A stretch of 63,918 nt of DNA, filler included, from Hausera hauseri (Eukaryota): assembly GCA_046269625.1 (NCBI GenBank). It is 12 parts of 12 records of this genome, joined end to end, with 100 filler letters (N's around TTAATTAATTAA, not from the genome) between each part and the next. Parts side by side here need not be neighbours in the genome. Positions count along the whole stretch, not along the records: positions 44,981 to 49,930 come from JBJURY010381702.1; positions 50,031 to 54,563 come from JBJURY010538342.1; positions 54,664 to 59,780 come from JBJURY010330382.1; 9 more parts are not named here. The stretch is one strand, 5' to 3'. Both the position numbers and the translations under genes were made by a program. The notes beneath the pieces were generated by a model. It ran no database searches and had not been told where the DNA came from. It saw only the letters and a list, made by a program, of their open reading frames with translations. Shown here one piece after another: positions 46,560 to 58,450 of this stretch; within the stretch, counting starts at the first letter, position 1; every line of letters starts with the position of its first letter.

Positions 46560-49500
46560 AGTTTGGATGTTATGATCCCTAGGTAGGATTTTTTTCATCT
46601 CTGAAATGATGTGAGTCTGCACCTGCAGAACTGTCACATAATCTTCAAAACTGATCTTCTTGGAAAATGTAGCCCTTTAAACTCATTTTGCCCGCTTCTT
46701 TATTTGACCATATACGCCTAGGGAATACATTTTAGATCTGAGAGCTACAAATCTCGATATTATTGCTCCATTCATTTCGCCTTTGAATTTCCCAAGGACC
46801 TTCTTATTCGCAATTGAATAGTTGGGATGATCCATTGGATAGTCCGAAGTATCCATGTGTTGGGCCAATTTGTCAAAGTCCTCATAAATGTTTTTTGCAT
46901 GGATCTGATCGATGAAACTATCAATATCCATATACATTAGCTGCATGGACTTTAACTTTGGGATTATTATATCGTAGTGAAAATGATACATCAAGGTCTT
47001 TGACTAGTCGATGATTGCCATACCCACATATATGGGCTTGTTGAATGCCAATGCTGTTTTCAGCACATGGATGACTACCAAGTTCTCAGCATATATGGTG
47101 CTTCTGTGGAAGATGTGCTTGGCAATAAGCTTCTTTGTCCGCTTTCAGTCACATACTAGCTTAATGTTCTTCCTGTTGCGGATATTTTCCGAGGTCTTGC
47201 CAAAGACCGAGTTATTGTAAAGCTTGAACTGGTCCTTCTCAAAGTCGTTCTTGGCATTTGTCCGCAGCTTCGTATTCAGATCTATGTATGACTGCAGCCG
47301 CATGGACTGACTGAACTGGAGGGCTCTATGGATCTTAGTAATACGAAGTCCATGTCTAACTGCCTGCTGGAGATTATGTAGTGGATTATATACCTCTCCC
47401 TATTACCAAGATGACAGAGCAGCTTTCTCTGCTTTCCATGGGGTGGGCGTCTGCTCTCAGGAAGAACAGGCAGCTGTTGATGCCTTGCGTGGATGGAAGA
47501 CGGATATTCCATATCCACCTCCAATATGTATCCCGTATCTCCAGTGGGATCCAGGTCCAATATAAGGATGTTTTCATGATTCTCGACCACATTGACCCAT
47601 TACGATCATAAGGATCATGTCGTAATCCTTAATGATCTGCAGCCTAATATCCATATAGCGCAGTATTACTGTCCAGCTCATCCCTAGAGCCGTAAAGAAA
47701 TGAGCCGGATCCAATGCATGGTTCTTCATTGTAACATTCCTGAAACTCTCAGATGTCTGTCAGATGCAGCACGTCCGTCTTGAGGTAAATGTCACTGTAT
47801 TCCCCTATTGTCCTGCATTGGAATTCATGCCAGACATTCTGGACATGGTGGTAGTCTGCATCATTGATATCGCAATCAGATAGGATATTGTAAAATTCCT
47901 TCTTGTCCGGCAATGGAGTCTCATCCAGTGTGTCCAATGAAGTTATATAGTCATATGGAAATACGCATTTCCTCTTGACGAGGTCAAAGGTAGTGGGAAA
48001 AAACCACTTCGTCCCCTTGAGTTCTTCTGCAGGGAGGTTCTTCACTAAACTGTTTAGTGAAAACGACATAAAGCGAAAGTTGCCTATAAAGCGAAGTCGG
48101 ATTTTTACCCACATGCTTGGTAAAGATGATGTATTTTTCCTCACTGTTCGGGATCACATATATATTGCCATCAACGTTGCCTAATTCTCGGACTATGAAT
48201 CATGGCCACTGAGATTATGGAACACTACAGACACATATGTACATGTTTTGCAGCGAAGATTGTAGTTGTTGCATGCGGCACCTCTATATTTGCCTGTATA
48301 ATGGCAATGATCCTTGACTTTATGATTTTCCTTGGTGAAGGACTTGTTGCACAAGTAACATGTGGTTGCCTTGCGCCATTCTTCTGCTTGTTTCCACGAT
48401 ATGCTCATATTATCCTTATGCTGCTGATGCATGTTTTCAAGCTTATGAGCCATATCTTCAAGTCGTTTCATGAAATGTGCTGCTGCACCTGGACCTCTAA
48501 ATAGAAATGGTTCACTGTCCAGTCTTTGGCATACATGCAATATGATGAAAGTTCATAATATTGGTATGCCGTTGTGCTGCTATGTTGAGGACTGGGAGTG
48601 CATGTCTGAACTGGCCGGAAAATAGCTTCAAATCGCAACAGATAGCTATTGGGACCTTGATCTTCTTCTCGAACTCCTTGAATTCAATATAGTCCTCCTT
48701 GGGAAATTCTGGCATGATACAGTAATTGTTGTTGCAGTACATTTTGTTCTCTGCAAGCTTTTCCACTGCTGAATCACCACTGAAATGAGACAGACATCGC
48801 TTACATATTTCTATTTGTCCATGTTGATTTGTAATTTGGGATCTGACTAGACGCTCAAAGTTCTTAATCCAAGCATAATGTTTCTTTTTTCCATCGTCTA
48901 GTAGGAGCAGATCCCTATGATCTTTCAATTCAGAATCACATCTGCAGGTGATAGAATTTGTCCTCCTCATCCAATGCAAAAATATTGGTAGATATGTTGA
49001 TTCATCCGAATTTTTTACTTCATCTATGGATGGCGGAAATGTGATATATTGGAAGTCATAGTTGTGCTGAAAATCCTTATATTGTCAAACTTGTGAAGCA
49101 TTTTGTTGATCAGGCATTAGTTTCGATAGAATGGCGTACATGAAACACATGTTGTCATTATTATGGACATTGACACATGCTCTTTTACTAGCGATCCAAT
49201 CAGGGAGTTGAATATATAAGCTACCCTACATGATGGAGAATCTGTGCACATACACAAGCTATCTCTTGATGGTTGCCAGAGTACATCTGCTCTTCTTACT
49301 CTGGCTCTCATCAACCTCACGGATCAGATTTGCATTCTCTTCTTGCAGCCATTCTGCTATATTGGTGGCTTTAAAAATGGGTCTATTTCTGATCTTGAAG
49401 GCCATTTTGGACTCTTCGCCATCAACATTGACGTATGTGTCCTCACGTTTCACATTAGCCTTAATGGTCTTGAGCTCAGCTATGTTGTCCTGAAGAATCC

Positions 49501-49800
49501 CCTTTGTTTCTTCTTCTGTGTACTCCAGGAACTCCTTGATGGTTGTTTGACCAGTTGCATCAATGATATTTACGGCATTTTTTCTTTAATTCTGCAGCAT
49601 CGAATGGCCGCTGTCTTTGACTCTTCGATGGAGCCGGTACACCTGATGCGTCTGATTCGCCTGATGTGCCTGATGGGCCTGATGGGCCTGATGCGCCTGA
49701 TGCGCGTTTTAGTCCTGCATCTGGCTGTACTGCAGGCTGTGAAATTGGCTTATGTTCATTAAATATGATTTTCTTTGAATTTGATGCGAAGTCAGTCAAA
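46560..49800 (-). pseudogene. Protein-primed DNA polymerase B with endonuclease VII-like zinc domain (adintovirus/Polinton-like), decayed; motif A region deleted
   Basis: CYLCNKSF...VKDHCHYTGKYRGAACNNYNL (EndoVII-like), VFHNLSGHDS (Exo II), KRKCVFPYDY, YLKTDVLHLTDI (Exo III), [22 protein letters not shown] (motif B), YMDIDS (motif C), LGKFKGE and RSKMYS. No DxNxLY motif is seen near 47590-47610. Confidence 0.9.
49640..49705 (-). repeat. 9-bp coding tandem repeat (ASG/PSG peptide units)
   Basis: CCTGATGCG/CCTGATGGG units encode RASGASGPSGPSGTSGESDASG. Confidence 0.85.
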
Positions 49801-50496
49801 TGATATTTGTGATCTTCATAAAATTGTATGTATTCTCCATCACATACAGCCTAACATCCTGGGCAGATATAATAAATGATCTTGTTGAATTTGTGTCCAT
49901 AATAGCTCATTTTGGCATCGTGACAATTCTNNNNNNNNNNNNNNNNNNNNNNNNNNNNNNNNNNNNNNNNNNNNTTAATTAATTAANNNNNNNNNNNNNN
50001 NNNNNNNNNNNNNNNNNNNNNNNNNNNNNNTTCTTTTTTAGTATTTTAGTAGTATTTTTTTTTGTTTTCCTTAGTATGTTAGTAGTATTTTTTAAATATG
50101 TTTTTCTTAGTATGCTAGTAGTATACTTTTCGTATGTTTTTAGTATGTTTGCTGCATGATTTGATATTTCTTGTTGTTGTTTTCTTTTTTCCTTTTTTTG
50201 GCGAGCAGAGACGGTTCTTCTCGTCTTAAGCATTTCATTACATTGTTGACCTTGTGTTGATTTTGCACGACAAATAAATCTAACCTGTAAAATGTTGTTA
50301 GTATTATGTAGGTTTGAGTTAAGAACATTGCAAGAGTGTGCGAAGGGTTTATAAAGCCTTAAAATATATAAATACTAAAATAAATATAACGTCGCTACTT
50401 TGCAGGATTTCACTTACTGCCAAATCCCTGCAATAAATAAGGGACTACTGAAGCCCTGGCCTAAACCCTGTGGTTCAGTTTAGTGTGTTGGTTTAC

Positions 50497-50637
50497 CTGA
50501 ACGGCTGTTGCGTGATCTGCAACTGGAGCTAGTTGGACGTACTGCACTTGGATGTCAGGTGGGAGGGAAGAGCTCTCCACTGCCGCGGTTGCTCCGTCTG
50601 CTGAGGCAACAGCTATCAGCTGAGCTCCACGTAGAAC
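50497..50637 (-). CDS. BANP: Vertebrate (fish-like) BANP/SMAR1 penultimate coding exon
   Basis: 141-nt exon between TTTTCACTGTCCTAG and GTAAAC. It encodes VLRGAQLIAVASADGATAAVESSSLPPDIQVQYVQLAPVADHATAVQ, versus human BANP VLQGAQLIAVASSDPAAAGVDGSPLQGSDIQVQYVQLAPVSDHTAGAQ as I recall it. Confidence 0.88.
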
Positions 50638-50928
50638 CTAGGACAGTGAAAAAAAAAACTGCCTGTCAAATATAACTAACACATTTGCTTTGTTTTCTGC
50701 ATTACCTTTGGTGAGTTAAATAGGCAGTTCACATCAGTTAAAACACAAAAGATTAAAGTTTTCTCATCATCATTACGGCGTTAATCAATATTTTTGTTTC
50801 TCCATTGTTAATTATTTCAAATGGAGATGTGTATAGTATCATATATGTGTTCTGTATTTTCTGAGAATGACGTACGTTTGTTGATGATGATGAATTGTCG
50901 ATAGAAGAACATTCTGATACCTGATACT

Positions 50929-52164
50929 TCATTTTTCCTGTCGTAAATTTTTTCTTTTATTCACCTTTACTATGTCATTATGTTTCCATTTCACTTTTAA
51001 TTCTGCTTGTTCAGGATCATCATTTTCAATGAGGTCCTTTATCCTTCTTGATTTTGCATCATTAACTTTTTGCTCCATGCCGCTCCTTTTAACTTGATCT
51101 CCAACAGCTCCACGTTCCGAATATTGAAAATCTTCCTGAAATACATCCAATAGTTTTGGGTGACTCATGTCGAATGGGGACCTTTTAAAATATTTTCTAT
51201 TCGTGTCAGTTGTCCACAGTTTTGTCCATTGATGTCTGTTCTCTATCCACTTGGAAACATAGACATCAGAACCTTTTCCTTTTAAATATCTATCGCCCTC
51301 GGCGCAAGATTCCGTTACTCCCGATTTTAGCGTCGCCTCAGTGAAATAGTCATGGTGTTCCATTTTATTCACTTCGCCATAACTCCTCACCATGCATATT
51401 TCACATGAGGTTCCCGCTTTTATTTCAATATTTAAACGGAAAGAACAAGGTCCGAAAGCGAGGAGACGGACATAAAGACACTCTAAGACAACTGCATTAC
51501 ATGGTTTGTGTCTGCGGATCAAGGTGCAGAGCACAAACCACGCTCTGCTAACATAAAATGGAAGATTTAAATTGAATATATGAACGATTTCAACGGTGCA
51601 GAACACTAACCACGCTCTGCTACCATAAAATGGAAGATTTATAACGGAATGATAAGATAAAATATGCGTATCTTCACTAGAACGGGCAGTTAGCATATGA
51701 CTTAAATTCTCCTTGGACACAATCCTTATCATCTTTCCCCTGGGCCCATTTTTATTTTCTTCTGATATATGTACATTTTTATCCCATGTCGAAAGTCCTT
51801 TCCTCTTATTCCCCGCTCTGTCATTATATACTTTTATGGATACTTCGTAGCTCTGTGTGTCTCTTCTTATCTTGGGCACCCTTGAGTTAGCCATGAGTTT
51901 CATGTATCTCAATATATATAATCCCATATGTTCCCAAGACCCTTTATCGAATATATAGCGATATACACAAACATTTAAATTAATTTTTTCAACATTCCTA
52001 GCCATTGTTTTCGGAGTGCTGCTCTCCGAGGGAATTTCTCCACCATTAATTTTGTGGTTCCAAACATGCATTCTGATTTTATCAAGCATGCATTTACACA
52101 AACGCGTCACACAAACCCTGGCGGAGTTAATCAAACCAAAAAAAACAACAATAACCAAAAACAA
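50929..52164 (-). CDS. Hypothetical protein (411-codon open frame, possibly last exon of the gene at 52925-52182)
   Basis: Long open frame in AT-rich DNA with an internal duplication NLPFYGSRAWLVFCT / NLPFYVSRAWFVLCT. No family recognised. Confidence 0.45.
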   Translation of the reverse strand: MFLVIVVFFGLINSARVCVTRLCKCMLDKIRMHVWNHKINGGEIPSESSTPKTMARNVEKINLNVCVYRYIFDKGSWEHMGLYILRYMKLMANSRVPKIRRDTQSYEVSIKVYNDRAGNKRKGLSTWDKNVHISEENKNGPRGKMIRIVSKENLSHMLTARSSEDTHILSYHSVINLPFYGSRAWLVFCTVEIVHIFNLNLPFYVSRAWFVLCTLIRRHKPCNAVVLECLYVRLLAFGPCSFRLNIEIKAGTSCEICMVRSYGEVNKMEHHDYFTEATLKSGVTESCAEGDRYLKGKGSDVYVSKWIENRHQWTKLWTTDTNRKYFKRSPFDMSHPKLLDVFQEDFQYSERGAVGDQVKRSGMEQKVNDAKSRRIKDLIENDDPEQAELKVKWKHNDIVKVNKRKNLRQEK

Positions 52165-52181
52165 TACTATTTACATAACAC

Positions 52182-52925
52182 TCAAATACCTTTAAAATCA
52201 CTGATGAGATCAAAGTCCTTCGGCGAACTGTCCTCTTTCTCTATAGTCGGTGGCATAGTTCTTTCACCAATTCTTTTCGACAAATTATCTAGAATTTGTA
52301 GGCAATTCTCTGACTTTTGATGAAACTCGATCTTGGGTAACAATTCAAAATCGTTTATATTCAATACATTTTTGTCTCTATCTTCAAATATAAGAACATC
52401 AGTGGGTTTCCATTTCTGTACTAAATTTAAGCTTTGTGTGTTTTTCAATTTAGCTATAATTTCGTTTAAATCGCGACCATCCAAAGAACTGATATCTTTA
52501 TATGAAGCAAATACATCTCGACGAATAAATTTTGGAACAGTCAATAAATTTAACTAATCAATACCGTCGAGATCTGATATACTTTTTCCATATTTTTTCT
52601 CATCATTGAGCTGTGTATATTCGTCTTTCAGCAAGTAATCTGTAGTAATTAATAATTTTTGATTTTCTTGTATAACTTATTTTAATTGAAAATAGTACAT
52701 TTGTTTTTGTAAGTACGACGATTTGGACACTTGGTATTGTCTGTTTCTGAGGTCTTTCCTGGCTCGAATTTTCCAATTTTTTGAGAATCGAAAGGCATGA
52801 TCCTCGAATATATCCGTATCTACTGATAACTTATTTCCATCAAAATTGTTTCTTTTTCGCATGAAATTCAAGGCCTTAGATTTCGTCCGTATCAGGACTT
52901 TTAAATCAAATTTTATCATTTTCAA
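52182..52925 (-). CDS. Hypothetical multi-exon gene fragments
   Basis: Hydrophilic open frames at 52677-52925 and 52182-52544 are separated by short AT-rich GT..AG-like stretches. Confidence 0.35.
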
Positions 52926-52991
52926 TTTATAAATTATATATCAATTTGCCAATATTCAATTTCTTTTTCAATCTATAGCTGCTATAGCAGC

Positions 52992-53708
52992 TTATATTAT
53001 TATATACATACAATTATTTATATATATATGACAATATGTACATTTAAATGCAGTTTCTGTCAAAATCCTGCGGCTTTCTACGTCGGTACCGAAGAAAAAC
53101 GAGCTGCAATAATAATTGGAACTGCAACGATTAACAATCGAAAAATCCACTGTTTGTAAATCCACTTCATTCTTCCTACTGTTATCAAAAGAATTCCTTG
53201 AATCATTTCCATCCACATCGAATGTTATTAAATCATTAACAAATGAATCTCTTCGAGATTGACCATCAACATTACCAAGTTCTTCATAACTCGACGAATT
53301 TTCCAAAACATCTTTAATCGGTTGATAAACGTAAATATCGTCAAATGTTGTCATAGAATATGTCAAACGTTGCTTCAGAGTATTTGTTTTTTCCAACCAA
53401 TCCGTCAAATCATCTCTTGAGTCACAGTCTAATTTAATAACACTTTGATTACTAACGTACGGAATTAGCGCAAAACTGTAATTTTCTGTTGAAGATTGAA
53501 CCCTTTCTATTCTAGAAAATTTTTTCACTGAAACACAAAAACTTTCTATTTTAAACGATGGTTTATAAATATGTAAAATTCCATCTTCTGTTAAAATTCC
53601 ATAAACAGACAACCATTGGTTTTGAGCTAATAACCTTTGCCTTAATTTAAGATAACCATAATGAAAAATATTCTCTTTAATTAAAGACGGCTTTCTCTTA
53701 ATACTCAT
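52992..53708 (-). CDS. PH-domain protein
   Basis: FHYGYLKLR...QWLSVYGILTEDGILHIYK...YSFALI....VIKLDCDSRDDLTDWLEK is the canonical PH pattern with the helix Trp. Confidence 0.8.
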   Translation of the reverse strand: MSIKRKPSLIKENIFHYGYLKLRQRLLAQNQWLSVYGILTEDGILHIYKPSFKIESFCVSVKKFSRIERVQSSTENYSFALIPYVSNQSVIKLDCDSRDDLTDWLEKTNTLKQRLTYSMTTFDDIYVYQPIKDVLENSSSYEELGNVDGQSRRDSFVNDLITFDVDGNDSRNSFDNSRKNEVDLQTVDFSIVNRCSSNYYCSSFFFGTDVESRRILTETAFKCTYCHIYINNCMYIII

Positions 53709-55059
53709 TTAAAATAACATATGACCTTAAGTTCGAGAAAAGAAATAATATTCATAAATGTTACAAACTTGAACAAATGACAAATTCTGTCACATCTTAA
53801 ATTTCAAATTGCGTTATTTTTACTTTACTGACAAAATATTATCATTTTCTTAATTGAAAAATAACTGTATAATCTACTTGAAAGCTGTTGTAACGTCAAC
53901 CCAGCTTGCGAAACATTTTCTAAGAGTGCTCGTTTTCCATGATGTTTCAGCAACTTTTAGTCGATGATTTCTTTCTGTGTTAATCTTAGTGGAATTTAAC
54001 TAGTGATGAAGACATTTTGTATAGATCGTTCTTCCTTCGTTTTTCCATATCTCGATAATGAGCACGAGCTGCACCTATCTCCATTCTTATTGTGTTATTT
54101 TCCTTTCTTCAGGGTTATTTACACCGTTGGGGTACTGCAACTCAGCCAAACTACCAATTAAATTTCTTAACTGACCCAATGCTTTATCGTTAACCAATTC
54201 ATTGAAAACAAAATCCTTCGTGAATGTAAATCCAATACAGGGTAAATAGCGACCCTTTGAGTTTTTCACGGAATATTTTCTCTTTAATTTTTGAACATGT
54301 TTTCTCTTGACTTCAGAGTTTCTAATTCGAAGAATAAGTTTTGATTGGTAGAATTCTCCATATATTTTCATGCAATTATAAAACAATAGTCTTGTAAAGA
54401 CTGTGTACGACCCTCAACACTCGGTGAACCATGGTCACTCTCGCCTTCCCAGTTTTCCGAACCCTGCCAGGGATCATATATTCATCATTTTGCACACTGT
54501 TTTTATATCACGCACACTCATTTAACAATCTAACCTTTAACAACCCTTATTTTTATACAACTTNNNNNNNNNNNNNNNNNNNNNNNNNNNNNNNNNNNNN
54601 NNNNNNNTTAATTAATTAANNNNNNNNNNNNNNNNNNNNNNNNNNNNNNNNNNNNNNNNNNNNGTACATCACACTTGTAGATTAAAAAATTATGTTTAAA
54701 ATTTCTAACTGTCAGGGTTTCCATTTTGTTGCTACGTGTGCATGAAGCAGGAGAATAAAATTTTTCGTAAATCCAAGGTGATTTGGAAGGCCAACCATGC
54801 ATTTGAAAAAACCGAGCATGCGAATAAATACATTTTGCCATTGTCCACTCGACAGAAAAAATCCCAAATAACATATAGTATTAAAATACACTTATGCGCA
54901 CTACAAAGCAGATACGTATTCAGTTGTTTCCAAGTGATCTGGTGGTTCCGTTTGTGCTATCAAATGTCTTGCTGCTTAGGCCTTATGTACTAATGTTCTA
55001 CCTGAGGTAATATTTTGCCTCACTACTGTATTCGACTATTGTAACACATTCTTATATCG

Positions 55060-57300
55060 TTCATATTTACTAGTAGCCTTGACAAAATCCGTTGATTCCT
55101 TGACACTGTGTTCAGCAGCATCATTCACCGCATTTACTGATTTGACGTTTCCCAAGCTTGTTTTGTATCCTACCCTGACATTCTAATCGCTGACTGGCAA
55201 GCGAAGAAAGCTTGTGTCAATCTACAGGAGGAATATTGTGAACCAGTAGTCAACTATAACAATGACAGACAGCCGTGCGGACAAGGTGAAAGCGAAAAAC
55301 TGTGATTTGCCCCTCCGGTATCCAGAATGATTCAATGATTCACTGGCTGACTGCACTTGCAACAGTGAGTCAGCAACATCTTGGAGTTTCAGTAAAAGCA
55401 TACCAGTGCTGAAGAGTGACAGTGGCACCATTTCAACAATCATGTACAACAGATGCCGACCAAATGCTCATACTGCAGACTGAGAAATGTTCTTGTCAAC
55501 TATTTGATACTGCAGCAGATTTTTGAACAGTTGTAAGTCATTCCGGGTGCGTCAACCTCTTTCGTGCAAGTAATTCACCACTTGGACTTCACATGAGTCG
55601 GGAAAGTGACTTTCGGCACCTGATGTCGGCTGGTGATTGTTCTTGGTCGAAGCTGTTCAATGATCTTCTCCAGTTATGAAATCTTGAGGCAGTAAAATAG
55701 CTTTGCCATCCACCAAGAGTTATAAAGTGCACTAGGTTTGCAAAACTGTACCTTTCTTCACTGGTTTTTAGAAACAGCAGCGACAGTTCTGAGAACTCAG
55801 CTATGTTTTTCCACAAGAAGTCGACTACTTCAGCAATAAAAGCATTTAATTATCTGACATAGTTTTTAACAGCGCCTGGACTTTTGGGCTGTGATCAAGC
55901 GGCCGAAATACGTGAATATCTCTGGAACTATGAGGCACCAAAACCCAGTTACTGAGTAGCCGAGTGAAAAAAGTGACAACCGACAATTTTGATGCTTCTA
56001 TCTTCAAGTTGGTGAAGACGTGTAAAATCACAACCACGCTAATGTGATGAGGGCACCCCTACCAAAGAACCGCTCGCTGGAATTTGTCCAGCATTGCAAT
56101 ACAGGCAGCTGACTGATGATCTATGTTTGCACTTGTTGCATAGAACGCCATATTGATAACATTGTTGCTACACTTCTATTTAGTCACCAGTTTCATCGTC
56201 AGCTCTGCAGTCATTGCACCTACAGCCTGGTCTGTTGCTTTGTGACAACTCAGGACTCCCAGAAGCTTCATTTATGCCACATCACCAACAAGCATTGCGA
56301 CGCTTTCTTCAACCACCGGGCGATTCGACAAAGTTGGTATCAGCTTTCCGTACCAGTGCACTGTGCACAGCTTTAGAGGGTTCCATTCCTCCTAAATACT
56401 GCCAGAAATCTGACCGATAACCTTGCGTCTGGCACCATCCTCAGTTACATAAGATGTAGAAACCATTGAAACGTCACCTCGTACTCAGATATTAGACCCT
56501 GAGTGAATTCTGACTGTACTGTCTGTGTCATTTCTAGTCGAGTTGCAAGTAAAACGATGTTGAAATTACTCAGAACGTTTGGTGAAACAAAGAGTGACGT
56601 CCCAGTTTTCTTCTTGCTACTTTGTTGCATCATTGATAGACTACAGATGTTGGGCAGTGTCTCTGTCGCTGTCATCAGACGACACAAAGCTGAGACAGCT
56701 GCTGTTGCTGTCACCTCATATCAAACACGCTTCTGTCATTCTGAAGCTGTGGCTTCACGCTGATGACATCTTTCAACTATCTGTTTTATTGTTTTGTCGG
56801 AATAAACAAAGCTGGCTGAATGATCAGTCTCCATTTACTGCAGAAATGCTTGATCTTCGTCATCCTTCACCAGAAATTCTTTATTGGGTGGTCAGAGCTG
56901 GAATGTCGACTGCAGCATTTGTTGGTTTTCTTCCATCTTCTGCATGGGCAGAGTATCTCTGTGATATTGGGTGATGCAATGAAGCTTGTTGTTTGAAGCC
57001 TGAAGCTTCATAATCTTCTCACAGGCTCGACGCTCGGTCACCATCGGGATGTTGGCTTATAGAAGGTGGAAACTTTCTGCATGACAAGCTTGGCTATAGT
57101 AAAACGTGGTAAGGATCCAATTGCTCCTGGTCTTTTCGTGTTTGCGGCTGAGTTGCAGTGATACATCATGCTTCGCAAGACATCCAGTAATTACTGCGTC
57201 ATCACTGCAGATTGCACCATTATCCAAGCCAAACAACTAAGATGCACCACGCGTAAAGTGTGCTCCCTTCTGTGAACTATTACTTGAAGCTTCCATGACT
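55060..57300 (-). pseudogene. hATm-like transposase remnant
   Basis: Minus-strand fragments GCPHHI..VVILHVF, KPSALYNSWWMAKLFYCLKI (cf. PGA.H.ARWMAK..Y.LKI), RHLLY and NAVNDAAEHSVKESTDF (cf. VVND.AER.VK). Confidence 0.7.
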
Positions 57301-58140
57301 GAAATTTACGGCAAAGGAATCAGACAAGTGGCAAATAAAAAGTAAATCAAACATAATCTATCGTCATCAACAAGTGCAGAAAATAACATCAAAGCAAGCA
57401 AAGAATATGAATTTCATTGGCAGAAAAATATAAATATTAATAAGTAAGCTAGCCTGTTTTTCGCTCTCTATACACTAGCATTCACAATCTCACATCAGTC
57501 ATTCACTTCATGCAAGCTTTGTAACCCTATTGCCTTAACAGATATTTGATATTACAGTGTGCGGATCAGTGCGATCTGGCAACCGAACTTGGCAGTTTAC
57601 AATGTAGCGCGGAATCTCTAAATGACCTTCAATGCTAATATATTTTTTACAATTGTCATATAACTACAAGTGGAACAAAACTGTAACACAGACAGATCAA
57701 TATATTTCATTTTTAATGCATCATAGTGAACATGTTTCTGCTTTAAGTTATTAGTGTTACAATTATAATAATCGTTATTATTACTAAAAATATTATAAAG
57801 GTGTTTCTAGACGTTTCTACTTGTAAACATGAGCAAAAATGCAGGGAAAGTGAAGGTCAAAAATTCTCGATAATGCATGGTTTTCGATCAGTTGATGATA
57901 TTGACTTTTAGAAGTTTAAATGTTATAATTATAAATTACATTAAAATTCTATTATGGAAAACATTTGTATTTGCCTTTTTATTAGATTAAATAATCATTA
58001 CAAACTTGATAATAATTTCACACAAATGTTTAATTTTTACGTGTTCGTTTTAACGTCTTAATATAAGCAGATTCAATAATTCGTCTAATGTTTTTATGTT
58101 GATATTAAGATTTACGAAACTTCTATTACAGAACTATAAT

Positions 58141-58450
58141 TTTTCATATACATGTCTTTTTGAGGACAATAATGTTGCAGAATTTGTTTAACGTTCTTTA
58201 TGTAACGTTCTAATATTTCGATCTTATTAAGATCTTCGTCAGAGAACATCGGTCGGGCAGATATTTTGACACGAACTAAACAATGTCTACTCATCTTTTT
58301 GAATTTTGCACACACAATATGTTGCACTCTAAGTATATATCGATGTTCTCTGACGAAGATCTTAATAAGATCGAAGTATTAGAACGTTACATAAAGAACG
58401 TTAAACAAATTCTGCAACATTATTGCCCTCAAAAAGACATGTATATAAAA
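58141..58450. repeat. ~110-bp near-perfect inverted repeat with 89-nt spacer
   Basis: 58141-58251 is the reverse complement of 58341-58450, with about 3 mismatches. The ORF track shows the same peptide on both strands. Confidence 0.95.

Noticed and set aside
50031-50330. Lys/Thr-rich ORFs
   Set aside because: They arise from low-complexity TAGTA-rich tandem repeats at a contig end.
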